Under the pieces are notes generated by a model. That model had not been told where the DNA came from. It saw only the letters and a program-made list of their open reading frames with translations, and ran no database searches. A stretch of DNA of 64,000 nucleotides, from positions 45,115,847 to 45,179,846 of the forward strand of contig CP154954.1 of assembly GCA_039621445.1 (NCBI GenBank), written 5' to 3'. The DNA is from Euglena gracilis. Taxonomy: Eukaryota. The translations under genes and the position numbers were made by a program. Of this stretch, positions 37,178-51,041 are shown one piece after another (the stretch's first letter is position 1; each line of letters starts with the position of its first letter).

Positions 37178-39560
37178 CGCGCCATGCTGTGCCTTCCAGC
37201 CCTCCTCCCCCCCAGTAGCGGGAACGGGGCGGCGGGCCTGACCCCATCCAGCCCGCGTTGCCCCGCCTCCAGCAGCAGATGGCGGTTGTGTGCTCCGTTC
37301 TCGGGGACTACCGCCTCGTGCACGACATGTACCAGAAGGCCCTGGAGGCGCTGAGGCGCGAGCTGGGAGCCCGCCACCCTGCGTGGGGTACTGGAGCAGG
37401 GCATACACACACACCCACTCATTCACTCACTCACTCACTCACTCACTCACTCACTTACTCGCTCGCTCACTCACTCACTCACTCACTCGCTCGTTCACTC
37501 ACTCACTCGCTCGCTCGCTCACTCACTCACTCACTCACTCACTCACTCACTCACTCACTCACTCACTCACTCACTCACTCACTCACTCACTCACACACAC
37601 ACTCACACATCGCGCACAGTGGGTGCACACACACGCCTGCAAGCAAATCAAACACAACGCAACGCGAAATACAGGCGCACAGATCCACATGCCCTAACAG
37701 ACGCACGCATGCATAGACGCAGGCGCGCACGTGCACGCACAGGCACAGGTAAACCCCCCCCCAAATAATAAACCCCCCGGTTTATTATTTGGACACCCGA
37801 AGTCGGGGTCCAGGGGGGGGTTTATTATTTGGGGGGGGTTTATTATTTGGGCAAAAATGTCGAAGTCAAAATTAGACCCGAAAACCCCTCCACAGGCTCC
37901 AATGGTCACTTTTTTTGGCATTTTGGGGCTTTTTTTGAAAACTGGGTGCTTTTTTGGCATTTTTTTCTGCACCAATTTGATCCATTTTTGTGATTTTTTG
38001 CAACATTTCTGCTAATTTTTGGCTCTTTTTTCTTTGCCCTCACACCTGCCGGAGGGGGGGGGGGGTTTATTATTTGGGCGGCCGAAGTCGGTCCTCAGGG
38101 GGGGGGGTTATTATTTGGGGGGGGTTTATTATTTGGGGGGGGGGGTTTATTATTTGGGGGGGGGGTTACAGCGAACGAAAACATTCTCTTTGTTGAAATA
38201 ATTCTGGACGAAATTTTGTCCAGGATTTTTTCCACCATTTTGAGGATGGTGTTTTCCAATTAAAAATTAAGAATTTTCAGAAATATCCTAGTTCCTCCAG
38301 TAGGTACCCAGAAATTTATTCGGCGCCAATTTTTAACATGTATTTCGCAAATCACCTTTTCAAAAGTTTTATTGATCATCCAAAATTGAAGAATGTGTTT
38401 TTTGTGTGTGTTGTGTGTGTGTGTGTTTTTCTTCAATTTTGGTGTTTTGGATTAAAAAATGATTTTTTGAATTTGGGATATTTGATGTGAGTTTTGGATA
38501 TCCTTGAAGAATGAGTTCCTGAGAATTCTCCGTCTTAACCTGCAGAATTTTTCCGGCATTCTTAAGATTTGTCCAATAGTTTCCTGACAGACTTTTTCCC
38601 GTCGGCAACTCCTGGTGGCACAGTGAAGGTGGCAAACCACTTTCACTGTCTTGTTGTGTTGGATATTCCCAAACTGCATTTCTTGAGTTCCATTTTGCAT
38701 CGGAAATGTGGGGCAGAAATAGTTGAATGGATACTTTGACATTGATTTTTGGATTGTGGATGACGTCAGAGATTTTACTCCGCCATCATTCGAGCATCAC
38801 TGCGTTCAAGGTAAGCCCTCCATTCCAAGCATGTCAAAAACTGTTGTCGAAGCACCATGCTCGAACACATTCGGAGGTAACGGAAGGAAAGGTCTGTATC
38901 TTTCATAAGAGGATTATTTTGCAGTAGCATTTGCATTTGTTGAGACCTGCACATTTTCCCTTGTTTTCCCCAAAACCACCTTTTTGTCAAACAAGCTTAC
39001 AAACTGATGGGTTTATGTGTGCACGTGCGGTTGTCTTCCTGCCCCCGTGCACGTAGGTGTGTGGGAAGTGTGTCGCTTGAATGCGGAGTGCGGCGTGCAG
39101 CCACTTTTTTTTATCGACAATGCGACGTCCCCCAAGGGTTTGATGGATAGAAGGATGGTGCCATGGCTTGAGGTGGGCCCCCCAGGACTGTACGGGAATC
39201 CCTGAAACCCTGGTGGGAGAGGTCGACAACCACCCCAACAGGCTTTCCCGCACAGCCCAGGCCCCTCCCTGTCCGGAGGGGGGGATCACACACACACAGA
39301 ACACACACACAACACACACACACACACACACACACACAACCCACACAACCCACACAACCCACACAACCCACAACAGACACACACACACACAACACACACA
39401 CAACACACACAACACACACAACACAACACCCCCCCCCATATATCAACCCCGGTGCCCCGAGGCCGACGTGCAGAAGGTGCAGGCGGCGGTGCTCCAATCC
39501 CAGAAGGAGATGCTGACGGTCCTGGAGGGCGAGCCGCCCCAGCGCTGCGTGATCCAGTGA
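26548..39560 (+). CDS. TPR-repeat region of paralog B, C-terminal CaaX box CVIQ
   Basis: Exons 26548-26637, 27532-27632, 28007-28110, 29049-29132, 32699-32808, 34088-~34217, ~35013-35057, 35436-35512, 36304-36450, 36693-36765, 37246-37380, 39465-39560 join in frame. Examples: LDMYGPRHPKVV..RDAALMFQRAVEAQSAVIGAHHADVGVTYGQLAGVYEGLGEWDRALAMYERSLELQLAVWGPMELEMGRMCHRMATLYQKQG.. and ..EGEPPQRCVIQ*. The last exons are clearly homologous to paralog A. The 34217/35013 junction is approximate. Confidence 0.85.
27633..28006 (+). other. Intron that coincides with a 366-bp MITE (27636-28001) with perfect 8-bp TSD GCGCTGAT
   Basis: GCGCTGAT(27628-35) GAGGGGTTTG ... AAAACCTCTG GCGCTGAT(28002-09). The interior shares GGTCCAGCCAGC / CCAGCACGTTTTT motifs with repeats near 6.1, 44.6 and 45.8-45.9 kb. 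Removal restores RDAAL|MFQRA. Confidence 0.75.
28316..28718. mobile_element. TA-flanked MITE
   Basis: TACCTCCCCCCCCCCTTATCCAACGACC ... GGTCGTTGGACAAGGGGGGGGAGGTA; termini related to 43641-44012. Confidence 0.78.
29133..32698 (+). other. Non-conventional intron that coincides with a hAT-like TIR element (29136-32693) with perfect 8-bp TSD GATGGGCC
   Basis: GATGGGCC(29128-35) CAGGGGTTTTTTTTTTAG ... CTTAAAAAAAAACCCCTG GATGGGCC(32694-701). Removing GCC-CAG...CTG-GATGG gives GAG ATG G|GC CGC ATG (EMGRM), in frame within a TPR. Confidence 0.85.
29303..31911. mobile_element. 2.6-kb TIR element nested in the 29133-32698 intron
   Basis: 27-bp TIR CTGGCTTAGGCGGCGCAAATTGCCCAA / TTGGGCAATTCGCGCCGCCTAAGCCTG (2 mismatches); about a dozen GCGG-N4-CCGC palindromes inside; no clear TSD or intact transposase. 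Confidence 0.7.
37750..38168. mobile_element. TA-flanked MITE
   Basis: TAAACCCCCCCCCAAATAATAAACC ... GGTTTATTATTTGGGGGGGGGGTTA, with internal repeats of the same motif; short relative at ~32855-32941. Confidence 0.75.
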
Positions 39561-40199
39561 CGGGGCGCCCGGGGCCCCAGCCCCCCATCCACCGTTATGG
39601 CGTGGGGCGGAGGGGGGGGGGGGAGTCCCTGCCTCCACCCCCCCCACCCCCATGGGCCGCCCCCGCCTCCTCATCGAGCATCGGGGGGCCAGGCCCAGGC
39701 TGAATTTAAAGGCGGTGCCGACCCCCCCCCCCCCGGGTGGGGGAGGGCACATGGCCAAAAGGGCCTGGGCACTCGGCCAAGGCATTTCCGGCGCCACAGG
39801 CTCCGAAAGCCCAGAAAAGCCATTTCTGGGCACGTTTTGGCCCGCGACCAGGCGGCGTGCCCTGCCTGCCCAGGCACTCCAGGGCACTCCAAGACCCCCC
39901 TCCCTCCCTCCCCCCGGGGTTGGTCAATTTCAGCCTGGCAGACCCCCCTCCCCCGTGGCAGTGTGGTGTTGGGGGGGGGGGGACAGCAGGGTATGGGACA
40001 GACCCGTTAGGACAGGTGGAGAAGGGCGGGGGCTGGGGTACCGCCGTGGAGGGCTCCTGGGCTGCCAGTTCCCTGTCTGCTGTACTATACGCCTCCCCGT
40101 CCCCGGGGTCTATTGGCTCTACCCCCCCCAACGCACCAAACCGAGTCAACTCAAGCTTTACCACAAACACACCCACACACCCACCCGCACAGACATACA

Positions 40200-40255
<56 letters not shown>

Positions 40256-41240
40256 CACACACACACACACGCACACACACACACACTGCCCCATTGTCTT
40301 GGGCTGCTACTGCGCCCAATTGCAGTTCGGCCATGTCTCAGCCTAGTGGCCAACCCCCTCCCTTGCACCCCATCAATGGGGATGCTTCCGCACCATGTGC
40401 ACCGGGTGAGAAGCATCACTTGAACAGATTTTCCATCCAAAATTTCAATTGATAGCTATTTTCAAGTCAAGCTTTGCAGTATTATGATGCGGAAGACACG
40501 GTGCACGGGTGCACGGTGCACGGACACAGCAGTTGTAGCAGTTTTTGGGATATTGGGACCCTCTGTCCACGCTCCGTTGTTTATGGGATATTGCCCCCCT
40601 TGCAATAATTGTGATGATATTGGTTTTAAGCCCCCGCAAAAAAATTGGTTGATCTGGAACCTTGATGAGGTGATGTGATTGTCTATGTATTTTGGGAAAT
40701 CTGGCATCAACAGAAAAAGGGGGTTTTTTGTGAATCTGGCAGCAAAGACAAAAGAAAGGGTGACGATTCATAGCTTATTTCACATCATGATGGGAGGTCC
40801 TCGTCAAACGTGCCGAACCTGAATAATTTCACAATGAAACGGGTGTTTGTCTGCAACAGATTGGTTGGTACTCATCTGGAATAGGATATGTCTTATTGGT
40901 TGAAATTTCCTGATGGGTCGTTAATGGTGGGGAGTCGTTTTCACAGGGGAGTCGTTCTAAATGGAGTTACCATTCTTTTTGGGACCCAGGGACAGTCACG
41001 TTACAAGCACACTTCTGGAGGAGGAAAAATCCACAGCAGTTTTCTGATTATTTTAAGGCATCTTTTTCCCCTTCTGTGGTGCATTTTAGGGGGGACTGGA
41101 GGGAATTTTTTGGTTTGGCTTCGACAAATTTTTTCCCAGAACTTGTGGGGGGGGGTTGGTTAAAGTGGCTTTTGGATGACCAAATTCAATCAGCGGTTGG
41201 CCACTTTATTTCTCTGGTTAATTGTTGAAGGGCTTTTGCC

Positions 41241-41622
41241 CAGGGTTTGATATAAGGAGGGCGTACATGGTTTAGGTGGGGGCACACCCCCCCCTCCTGG
41301 CCCGCAAGGGGGGGGTCCGGACCCCTGCCAGGGGGGTCCGGACCGACCCTCGGGGGGTACCCGGGACCCCCCCCAAAAAGGGTCAATTTTTTCCTCCGGC
41401 GCTTCGCGCCGAATTTTTTTTGCATTTTGGGCACATTTTTGCCCAAAAAGTGCCCAAAATGGCACTTTGGGTCGTTTGGGGGGTCAAAAATTTTCGGTCA
41501 CCCAGACCGCACGCGCAGCTGTTTAGGTGGGGGGGGGGTGTCCCCCCCACCCCCCTCCTGGCCCGCGGGGGGGGGGGGGGGGGGCCGGACCACCCCCCCA
41601 CCTGTCCTTACATCGAACCCTG
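41241..41622. mobile_element. hAT-like MITE
   Basis: TIR CAGGGTTTGATATAAGGA / TCCTTACATCGAACCCTG; perfect TSD CTTTTGCC (41233-40, 41623-30). Confidence 0.92.
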
Positions 41623-43628
41623 CTTTTGCCTTGGTTAATTATCTACCCTACCCCAAAATGTTTAAAATGCCTCAGTAAAACCAAATGCAGCCCAAAAATC
41701 AAAAAAATTGACCAATCCCAAAATTGGAAAATGACGTTTGGCGAGTGAAACAGTGCCGACCACAAACCAACCCCTAACCCGCATCACACGTCACCAACGG
41801 TTGCCACGCCACATTTATGGCCTGGCCACCCTGTAAATCGGCGTTTATGTGACCCCTCCCAAGACATTGGGCGATGCTTTGCTTGCTGTTTACCATGTGT
41901 TCATGGGCATTTTGGTGTATGTGTGTGTGCGCGCATGTGCGTGCGTGCGGACACACGCACTGAATGTCTGTGTGTGGAGGCAGATAAGTCATCCCCCCCT
42001 AAAGAACACTCCCCAGGCAGGAGGGGACCGCAAGAGGTTGCGCCGGTTTTGATGTGTGTTCTCGGAACCAAACATAACTGTCCTCTCTGCTCTCTGGTTT
42101 ACAAACGCAGTTAACTGGAGCTGCAACCAATCATTGAGGTATCAAAGGCATGCGATTAGGGTCAGGATTGCACACATAATTTTTGAACCTGAATCTCGAC
42201 GTCATGGAATTGACCTCTAAACGGTGCCATGTGCATTGGCCCTGGATGGTCGTTCCCAGCTTTGAGATCCGTTTGCAGAAGGAAAGGATGAAACCGACTC
42301 GTGGAGTTACACGGATTTGGTTTGGTTTTCATTGATTAGTTTGGAATTGGTTGTTGCATTCAAGGTTTTATCTTTTCTTTTCAGCGGGAATTTTTTTTTC
42401 GGAGGCGACAAAACCACCATTGTTCCGAACACTCTGCATAGCCCCCCAGGAAATTGTCCTCCCCGGGAAAATTTCATTGAGCCCTGTGTTCGCTGATCTG
42501 TCACCATAGGGATCTCTCTCCTATCTCTGTACCCGTCACCTGGAGAATTGAGTGGATTTTTTTATTTTCAAATTTTTGACCCAAAAATGAAAAAATCGTT
42601 CATGCATTTTTGGGGGGTTTCTGGGCCAGTGGGGTCGAAAGCTTCATGTTTTCCCTCTGGACCGGACCCCCTCCCAGGAAATTGTCACCTACCTCCATAG
42701 TCCCTGACCTGTCACCTACCTCTGTATTTGATGACCTGGCAGGTGACAGTTTCCTGCGGGTGGGGGGAGGCTGGTGTCTGAATGGATGATTTCACAGATG
42801 TTTTGTAAAGTAGTTCTTGCTTGCCCAGATTGCGAATGGAAACTACAGACCCCGCAAAATCTTATATTATTTTTTTGCAAAAATTTTGCTCTCCTTCCAA
42901 TCTCATGTCTCATGTGTGTTGTGTGTGTCGTGTGTGTGTGTATGTGTGTGTGTGTGTGTGTCTGTTCTGTGTGTGTGCTGTTGAGCATCGCAGTCTTGTC
43001 ATCCACCATTGTGTCCGCCACATTTGTTGGCCGGGGCCGTGCCACCACCGCCCCGCCCCCAACCGCTACCCCCCCCCCCACCGCCGCCTGCGGCCGCCGC
43101 GGCCCAGCCCTGCCAGATCCTCGGCACGGCCCCCGCCGTGGTGGCCGTCGCGTATCGCGCCGCGCCGCTCGACACGCATCGGGGGCCCCCGCCCCTCCCC
43201 CTCCCCCTTCCCTCCCCCCCCCCCCCCCCCGGCGCCACTTCCCACGGAGCACCTGACAGGCTTGGTGCTTCGCAGCTGGGCCACACTGACTCCCCCCCAT
43301 GCCAATGAACCCCATTGCCCAATGAACGAGGGGCGTCCGAACTGTCGTGCTTGTCACCTTTGAAGCAATACAAACACAAAATGCACCCCACACCCGATGA
43401 ACGTCCCCCCAGATCCAGACGGTACGGGCCGTCCTTTTGATGTCCATGCCAACCCATGAGGCACAGTCCTCAGTGGCAACTTCCCAGGACATGGCAAATT
43501 GGCCTCCACATAAAATTGTCCTAAAAAATCACTGGGAAATCAAAAAATCGCCCTCGAAAAATGTGCATGTGTGCACATGCTGGGGATTCCCCTCGCCTGC
43601 GTTCAAAGGGGGTCAAATCCATCGCAAC

Positions 43629-44425
43629 CAGGCATTTGCTTACCCCCCCCCTATGTTCAACGACCCCCCTATGTCCAATGACCCCCCCCCCCCCCCGGTC
43701 AGAGGACACCTTTTCGGAGGTTTGACCAAATTTTTGGTCCCGGCGTGAAGCGCCGGGACGAAAAAATTTGCCCAAAAATTGGCCAAAAAATTTGTTCAAA
43801 ATGCCATTTTTTGACACTTTTTGGACAAAAAAAAATTGTCAAAATTGCCCAAAATTTTCGGCGCGTAGCGCCGGAAGGGAAAATTTGGGCATTTTTGGGT
43901 GGGTAGGGACCCGGGTACCCACCAACTTCCTTTTGACCCCATGTCCAACGACCACCCCCCCCCCCCGGTCAGAGGACAGAGGTTACCGGTCATTGGACAT
44001 AGGGGGGGGGTAAGGGTTTGCAGTACCCCCTGGGGCAGCTAGTCCAAATTTGGCTAGTGGGATTTCTAGCAGACCCCCCCGGGGGGGGGGCGGGGTCTGC
44101 TAGCAGGGCTAGCTAGTGGGAAAAAATTTTCCAGTGACCGGCGCGAAGCGCCGAAAATTTTTTTGGGACCCCCAAAAATGGCCAAAAATGCCCGTTTTTG
44201 GCCATTTTTGGGAATTTTTGGAACAAAATCAGCCAAAAACCTATTAAAAACCTCATTTTTCCTCCGGCGCACAGCGCCGGGGGAAAAAAAAATTTCCAGT
44301 CCAGGGGACCCCCGAACCCCCCCCCCCCCCGGGGGGGAGGGGGGTTCTAGCTAGCCCATTTTTTCCAGTGTCTAGCCGATTGGCTGGCCAGTACCCCCCC
44401 CCCGGGGTCCTTAAGCAAATGCCTG
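43629..44425. mobile_element. hAT-like MITE (14857 family) interrupted in its left TIR by a TA-duplicating MITE (43641-44012)
   Basis: CAGGCATTTGCT-TA[insert]TA-AGGGTTTGCAG ... CCTTAAGCAAATGCCTG; flanks ATCGCAAC / ATCACAAC (7/8). The insert has TIR TACCCCCCCCCTATGTTCAACGACC / GGTCATTGGACATAGGGGGGGGGTA. Confidence 0.88.
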
Positions 44426-44588
44426 ATCACAACACCTCAGTGAATCCACCCCATCGAAAAAAAATGGGGTTTTCATCTTCACACCACCAAGAACGTGAGT
44501 GTTTTTTTTTCCTCTGAGGAGAAATTGCGTGGAAAGCAGGTCTTCTAAGTTTGGCAACCCCAAAAAAGATCCAAAAAGGTCCTTCAAT

Positions 44589-45490
44589 CAGGACGTCGCT
44601 TGAGCACCCCATCCCCAGGAAGGGGGGGGTCCAGCCAGCAGCCTTTTTCTAGCCCCGGACTCCCCTCCATCGACCATCGACGAGTTTTTTTTTTTATTTT
44701 GCCCCCTGCCCAAAGGGTGGCTGGAGGCTTCCCCCCCCCCTTGCCCACCACCCCTCAACAACGACCACCCCCTGGTTGGGGGGTGCACATAAGGGGGTGC
44801 ATACAACCACTGGTCTGCAAGGGTGTGCGTACAACATCTGGTCGAGGGGGTCGTGCGACTGGGGGTTGGGCCCCCAGTCGTACGACCCCCCCCCCCCGGG
44901 GTTGCAGGTTGGGGGCATGTACGACCCCCCCCCCCAGCTGGAGATTGTAGGAACCCAGCCGGTGGGCAAAGGGGGGGGGGGGTACCAGATTTTTTGTTTT
45001 CGGTTTCCAAATTTTGGTCCAAAATTGGGCAAAAAAATGGGTCGGATTCGGGCTGCCAGGGCAGTTCAGGGTCAAGAATTTGAATTTTTGGGGGTCATGA
45101 TACCTACCCCCCCCCGGAAACTGTCACCTGACAGGTTGGCTAGTACAGGGGACCCTAACAACTTCGTATCATGACAGGTTGGCCGGTACTGGGGACCCGG
45201 ACAGTTTCCCGGGCGGGACCCTGACAGGTTCTCGGGCATGACAGTTTCCCGGGGGGGGGGGGGGGTAGGTAATGGCAAAATTGGCAGTTTTGGGGGCATT
45301 TTTGCAGTTTCGATTTGTTTGGCGCGTGCCTGGTTCGCCCCCGGGTCCAGCCCAGTTTCAACCGGGGCTACAGGGGGGATCAGCCAGCAGCCTCGCAGTC
45401 AGCCAGCCAGCCCGCCCGCCCAAATTCCCAGCCAGCCCAAATTTTCCAGCCTCTGAGCTGGACCCCCTGGGGTCACTGAGCGACGCCCTG
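44589..45490. mobile_element. hAT-like element with nested TA-flanked MITE (45101-45271)
   Basis: TIR CAGGACGTCGCT / AGCGACGCCCTG; flanks CCTTCAAT / CCTCCAGT (6/8). Confidence 0.65.
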
Positions 45491-48199
45491 CCTCCAGTTT
45501 GACGTCCAAAGAAACACTGTCATTCTTACACCCCATCCTTGAAATTATCCCACCAGGTAGGTATTGCCTTGGCTCGGACCTGATGATTCTTCATGATGTC
45601 TCCTGGGGTTGTGCTCGCAGGCGGCAACTCCCCCCGCTGGACATGGGCGATGGGGTGGGGGAGTCCTGCCTGGGGTAAGTAACGTTCTCTATCCAGCATT
45701 GTTGAGAGGTTTTTGGATTTCCACCTCCAAATTTCATTTCATTTCAGCAGCAAGATTTCAACCCAGCTGGATGTGGATTTTTTTACCCGCTTTCGGGTAC
45801 CAGCAGGCTGCTGGACCTGCCTCCCTCCCCCTGGACCCCACCCCTGGGGGGGGGGGGGGTCCAGCCAACGCCTTTTTTCCCAACCAGCACGTTTTTCCAG
45901 CAGTCCCACAGGACCCCCCAGGGGTTTTTAAGAAAACCACTGACATGGATGGGAATGGGAGTTTGGGCTGTTAGGGACACTTCTATGTTATGCTTTGGTT
46001 TGCCATTCTCAGGACTTGAATTAATTCGAGTGGGGATCCCGCCGTAAACCCGCCCTGAACAGAAGCCCTCGGGGCTTCTATTCAGACCGTTTGGTCGAAA
46101 ACCGAGGAGGGGGCTTCTATTCGGACCAATGGTCAAAATCCGAGGTGGGGATTCTATTCGGGGGGGGGGGGTTACCGCCCAAAGCGCCACCGCCTCAGAC
46201 GCTCATTGGGAAGCAGCAGCAGAAAAGGTTTGCGGCGTCCCCACGAGGAGAGTTCCATTTCCCTCGTGGCACATATGGGGTGTTCCCAACTCCTCCTGGC
46301 TGACCCCTGTGTACCTCTCTTTTGAGGGTCCACATCACCTATTCACCTGCTCTGGATTCTGTTGGCATCCTGCCTTATATGTTGAACACGGTTTGTTCTT
46401 TTGCGAACCCAAAAAAAAATACCATTGGCACGCATTGAGCTTCGCAATGCGCAATACGTCGCAAGAATTTTTGCACCCTCATCCCAGTGGGTAATTACAG
46501 GCAAGCACCTCGGCAAGCACCTGAGCGATGCTGGGCGATGTTGGGCGATGCTGGATTTTTGGAGACCAGAGGTGGGGTCCCATACTGGGCGATGGGCGAT
46601 GCTGGCATTTTTTGCATATTTTGAAGAATTGAAAAGGTTAGAACAAATAAGCAATCATTAACCACAATTCTCTTCTATCAAACCCATTGTTGCCATTTTG
46701 GAGTAAATGGCAACAATTTCTTTGTTGCCATTTCTTTTCTAATTTGTGGACCACCCCGCGATGATTTGGGCAAACATTGGGTATGGCATTTTTGGCCGTT
46801 TCATGCTTTGGTGGTTTTGGGTCGTCGGTCATTTTGGCCACGTTTCGGGGCTTTTTGTGGTCGTTTTGGGGCTTCTGTGGTCATTTTGGCCTGGATACTG
46901 GAAAGATGGAGCGGTGTCCCTTCGTGGTGCCTTGTTTCGCCGGGTTCAGCTGACTGGTAATTGCCCCTTCGACACCCAGAAGAAAGGACAGAAAATGCGT
47001 CAGAAGAGGTTTCAAGCAAATAATTAAATACGAAATCGATATACAGGAGGACGCGTGCCAGAAGAACATAAATGGACAATTCAATCATAAAAATTCCAAT
47101 TTTTTATTTCAATGAAACATGAAGATTCAAAGAAATTGGATTCATGCCGCCGGCGCGGAGGGGCAGCAATGGCCGCAGAAACTGTAAAAATTGACCGTGC
47201 GGACAAACCCTGACGAACCATTGCCGCCCCCCAAAATTCCCACAGAAAACTCCACCCAGTAACGGCTGGGCCCTTTGGCCTTGCGGCTCGAAAGCCAAGG
47301 CATTCAAAGTCAAAAAGGGACCATCGGACTCCCACGGCGAAGGAAGGGGAAGGAAGAGACGAGGAGGGCGAGGCACAAGAAGATGGCGGGGTCCTTCTTT
47401 CTTTTACAACTATTGTGTTCTGGTTTGTGGTGTGTGCGCGGGGGGGGGGGGGGGGGGCTCCTTACTGCGCCGTTGTTGCCGGGATCGGCGATGATAAGGC
47501 CTCCGCCGATACCTTGGAGAAGCTGAATCCCCCCACGGGGTCGCTTGGTGGGAAGCTCCCGTTCTGGCGGGGATTTCTGTCTCTTTCTGGTGATTTTCTG
47601 GGTGGGGCTTTTGTGTTGCTTGGCAGGGCTTCCCCTTTCTGGCTGGGACGTCTTTATGTGTCTGGTGTTTCTCTGGGTGGGGTGGAGGGGTTGGCTCACC
47701 ATCTTCTTGCGCTTCGCCCTTCTGGTCCCTTCCTCCCATTTCCTGGGAGTTCGAGGCGAGTCGCGAAGTCCGAGACCATTCAACCCCCCCACCTATAACC
47801 CCCCCCCCCACCTATAAACCCCCCCTCGGGCCGACCAACCAAACCGGGACCTGTAAACCCCCCCTGGGAAGAAAAATGACAGCCGCCGGGGACGATTTTT
47901 TTGGCCGCAGACCACCCAAAAACTGATTTTTTGGCAATATTTTGAGACCGACTATCTTCAAAACTGCCTTTTTTGTCCAAATTTGCCGAAAACTGCCAAT
48001 TTCGGGGGTTTTGGGGGTCATTTTGGGGGGTCGGTTTTTCACCAACAATTCCGCAACCTATAAACCTCCCTCGCACTTTTAACCCCCCCCCTTCGGCCGG
48101 CCAACCAAACCGGATCCTGTAAACCCCGGGGGGTTTATAAGTGGGGGGGGGGGGGTTACTGTGCATCCCTCCTCTCTGGGCCATAATCATTTTTTACTT

Positions 48200-51040
48200 T
48201 TTGACACGACCTCCAGCTTCAAATAATGAGCTTGGAAGGCCCAAAAAAAATTCCACTACTTCTTCACCTGCAAACCAGCATATTTCCACCATGAACACGA
48301 TCCCCTCTGGTGCTGTGGGGATTCCAATGGGAGGTGTCCACACACCCCCCTCCGTCAAACTTATTTGTTCACTCTGCCTGACATTCATTCACAAAGTCCT
48401 TTTCCCATCCAAAGAACATAAATTATTTTTGTGTCCAACCATGTGGGCTTTCCTCCCCACACATTCTTGCAACAAATGCCAGGTGCTTATGAGTGGGTTC
48501 TGTGGGAGATTCACAACCTCCTGCCACCGGTGGTACTGCCATCCTTTTCTTTGAAACAAAATGAAAAAAAATTTCACCCAGAGAACTGATTTTTTGCTTG
48601 GTTCTGGCTAGATCAACCCTGCTGTGAAGGGCTAGCAACCTCCAACAAATAATCAATCTCTTTCTGAGGCCTTTCAAATACCATTTTAGAGAGGGGCTCA
48701 AAATGTTTGTTCAACTGCATCCGAAACATTGATGGATCCCATTCACACATTGCACGCTATTTGAAGAACATTTAATGGCACCAACATGATCTCCAAGCTC
48801 AGTGGATCACTATTAATAGACAAGTTATCTCTGGATCTAGCATTAATATCTGGAACTGCTCTGTAAGCATCCTCCGGGGGGGTTTGCATAAACTGGTGGG
48901 AGACCCCTTAAATCTGCCCTCAGTGCATCTCCTAGAAAACCCCCTTGGTGGGGCAATCTACAAATTAACTTTTGAAATATCTTGTTGCCGAGAGTACAAG
49001 TACATGTCCACATCTGGGGTGATGTATTTTTGAAGTATTTCAGGATCTTGTGAAAGATGTTTAGGTTTCCTTGGTCACGGAGTCTGCCACTGCTCCTGGG
49101 TGGTAACCCAAACCACTTGCAAGTTGAATTGTTTTCTTGGCAATGGTACAGAAGTGGTTTCAAAATGTAATTTAGATATGGATTTTTGCCTCCTCATTTC
49201 GTGAGCTACCTTACAGATACCTGGCTGTCAACGTGGAGAACAATGGTTTCTTTGGGTTTTGCCACTTCCTGGAACCCCCCCCCCCTGAGGAAGGTTCTTT
49301 TGTGAGAAGTTTCGGCGGGCTCACTTGGTGTTTGTGATTCGCCTTCAGTGTCCCTTCCTCCCCTCTAGGTCTGCCTCGGGGGAGTGCGAGACACCTTGGG
49401 CTTTGCACTTCCCCCAACTGAGGTTGACTGTGCACCACTCGGGGAGGGGGGCGGCTCCACGTAAGAAATTTTAATCTTAAAGCGTGCTCCAAGTTTTCTT
49501 GGGCACCCAACTCTGATAGTGGGAACAAAAGGCTTCCACAACTTCCCATTGAAAAATCTCACAAACCAATTCTGAGCTCAAACACATTTTTTCCATCAAG
49601 TTCACTCCTGCCCCCTGGCAGAGGGATGGCCACAAATACGGGAATCAATCCCAAAACTTCTAAGACTTTTTATAGTTAAAGATGCAATGGTGTCCGTCTT
49701 AATACCCCTGAAGGAGGTTTGGGGGGTCAAAAACACATGCCCCCTGTTGGGCAATGGTCTTTTTTGCAAGGGCCACATATTCTTTAAAAAATGAAAGGGA
49801 GAGATTTAGGTAATTTTTGTTAAATAAACCATTGTTTACAATCTTGCTATTTTTTTTACCGTTCCTCCGAATTTTTGCATAAGGAGTTGAGCCTAGTAAA
49901 CTTGCACAACGTCTCATTTCTGATAAATGAGAATATCTGAGCAACATCAATAATGGACAATCCAGAATCAAGTGCAAACGTAACTGTGACAGGTTGTTCT
50001 GAAGGGTGGTAAACGGAACTGAGGCCAGACGATCTGCAAAAAGCTCAGTTCTATTGTGGGGCAGGTCAGAAGCTACTTCGTTTACACGCCATTTCTCAAA
50101 ATTTTAAGAGATCAATTTTGCAAAATGGTGGATTTGCACACCAGGTGGGGTTGGGACCACATCCGCCATTTCCCATGGGGTCTAGGATCAAATTGTGTAA
50201 TTAAATTAATTTCACAGCCAGGTGTAGGAAGGGCATTTCAAAACAATGCCTCTCAAGGACTGTTCTCAGAAGGAGCACCTGGCAGTGGTGGAAGGTCTGG
50301 ATAAAACTTGAGGTCGAAATGTGAATGATTTTTGAAGGGACGGACCTGCGTGCCCTTCATATAAACGAAAAGGAGTTCATGTCTGCCGTGGAAACAGTAA
50401 ACGCTTTGGTCTCCCCCCCCCGGAATCGTTTGCACCGGAGCACAGAGCCAGCCAGCTCCGGTAAAATCGCAGCACGAATGGTACAAAGTCTAACCTTCCC
50501 AAAAACATTCACCTTCAAAAAGACGGCAAGGGAGGCGTTGCGTCACTTGGTGTTTGTGCTTCGCCCTTGGTGTCCCTTCCACCCCTCTCGGTCTGCCTCG
50601 GGGAGTGTGATTACAAGTCAACCACTGCCTCGTGCGGCGGCACGGACGTTGGACAAATTTGGCCAGACGGAAAAGGCAAAGGAAAATGTCACCACAGGTC
50701 GATCAGACTCCCTCCACTCTCTCCATTCCCCTCTTCCAGGGAACAGATGTTTCCAGCATGGGCTATGGCAGCCCTTCAAATCAACAGCTATGGCAACCAG
50801 CAAGCGTCATGGCAAGGCGGCACGAGGCACATGTATCAAAATCATGATTTGCAAATGGAGGGGAAATACAAATTTTATTTGTATTTCCAGGTCGAACAGA
50901 CCTCCCGTCCCCCCTTTTGTTCACCCCTCAGGGTCAGTGGGAGCCGGACAGGGCATCAGCCCTTCATTCGAAGGCTTTAGGGCCATCAATTCAAAGACCA
51001 AAATGGAAGACACCTGGGACAACACATCAAACAGACCTTC
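48200..51040 (-). pseudogene. Heavily decayed non-LTR retrotransposon RT remnant
   Basis: Minus-strand fragments in RT order: KAF (~50400), RGIVLKCP (~50240, cf. RGVRQGCP), LFADRLA (~50035, cf. YADDL), FALDSGLSI (~49965), and a WHLLQEC Zn-knuckle-like piece (~48475). Many stops and frameshifts. Confidence 0.45.
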
Positions 51041-51041
51041 T

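Noticed and set aside
38170-41200. Possible transposase relics at ~38.2-39.0 and ~40.45-41.2 kb
   Set aside because: Only short broken ORFs; no catalytic motif or termini that I can identify.
49322-50608. ~65-bp diverged direct repeat (49322-49387 and 50545-50608) as LTRs
   Set aside because: Too short, lacks TG..CA ends, PBS and PPT, and lies within the decayed retroelement.
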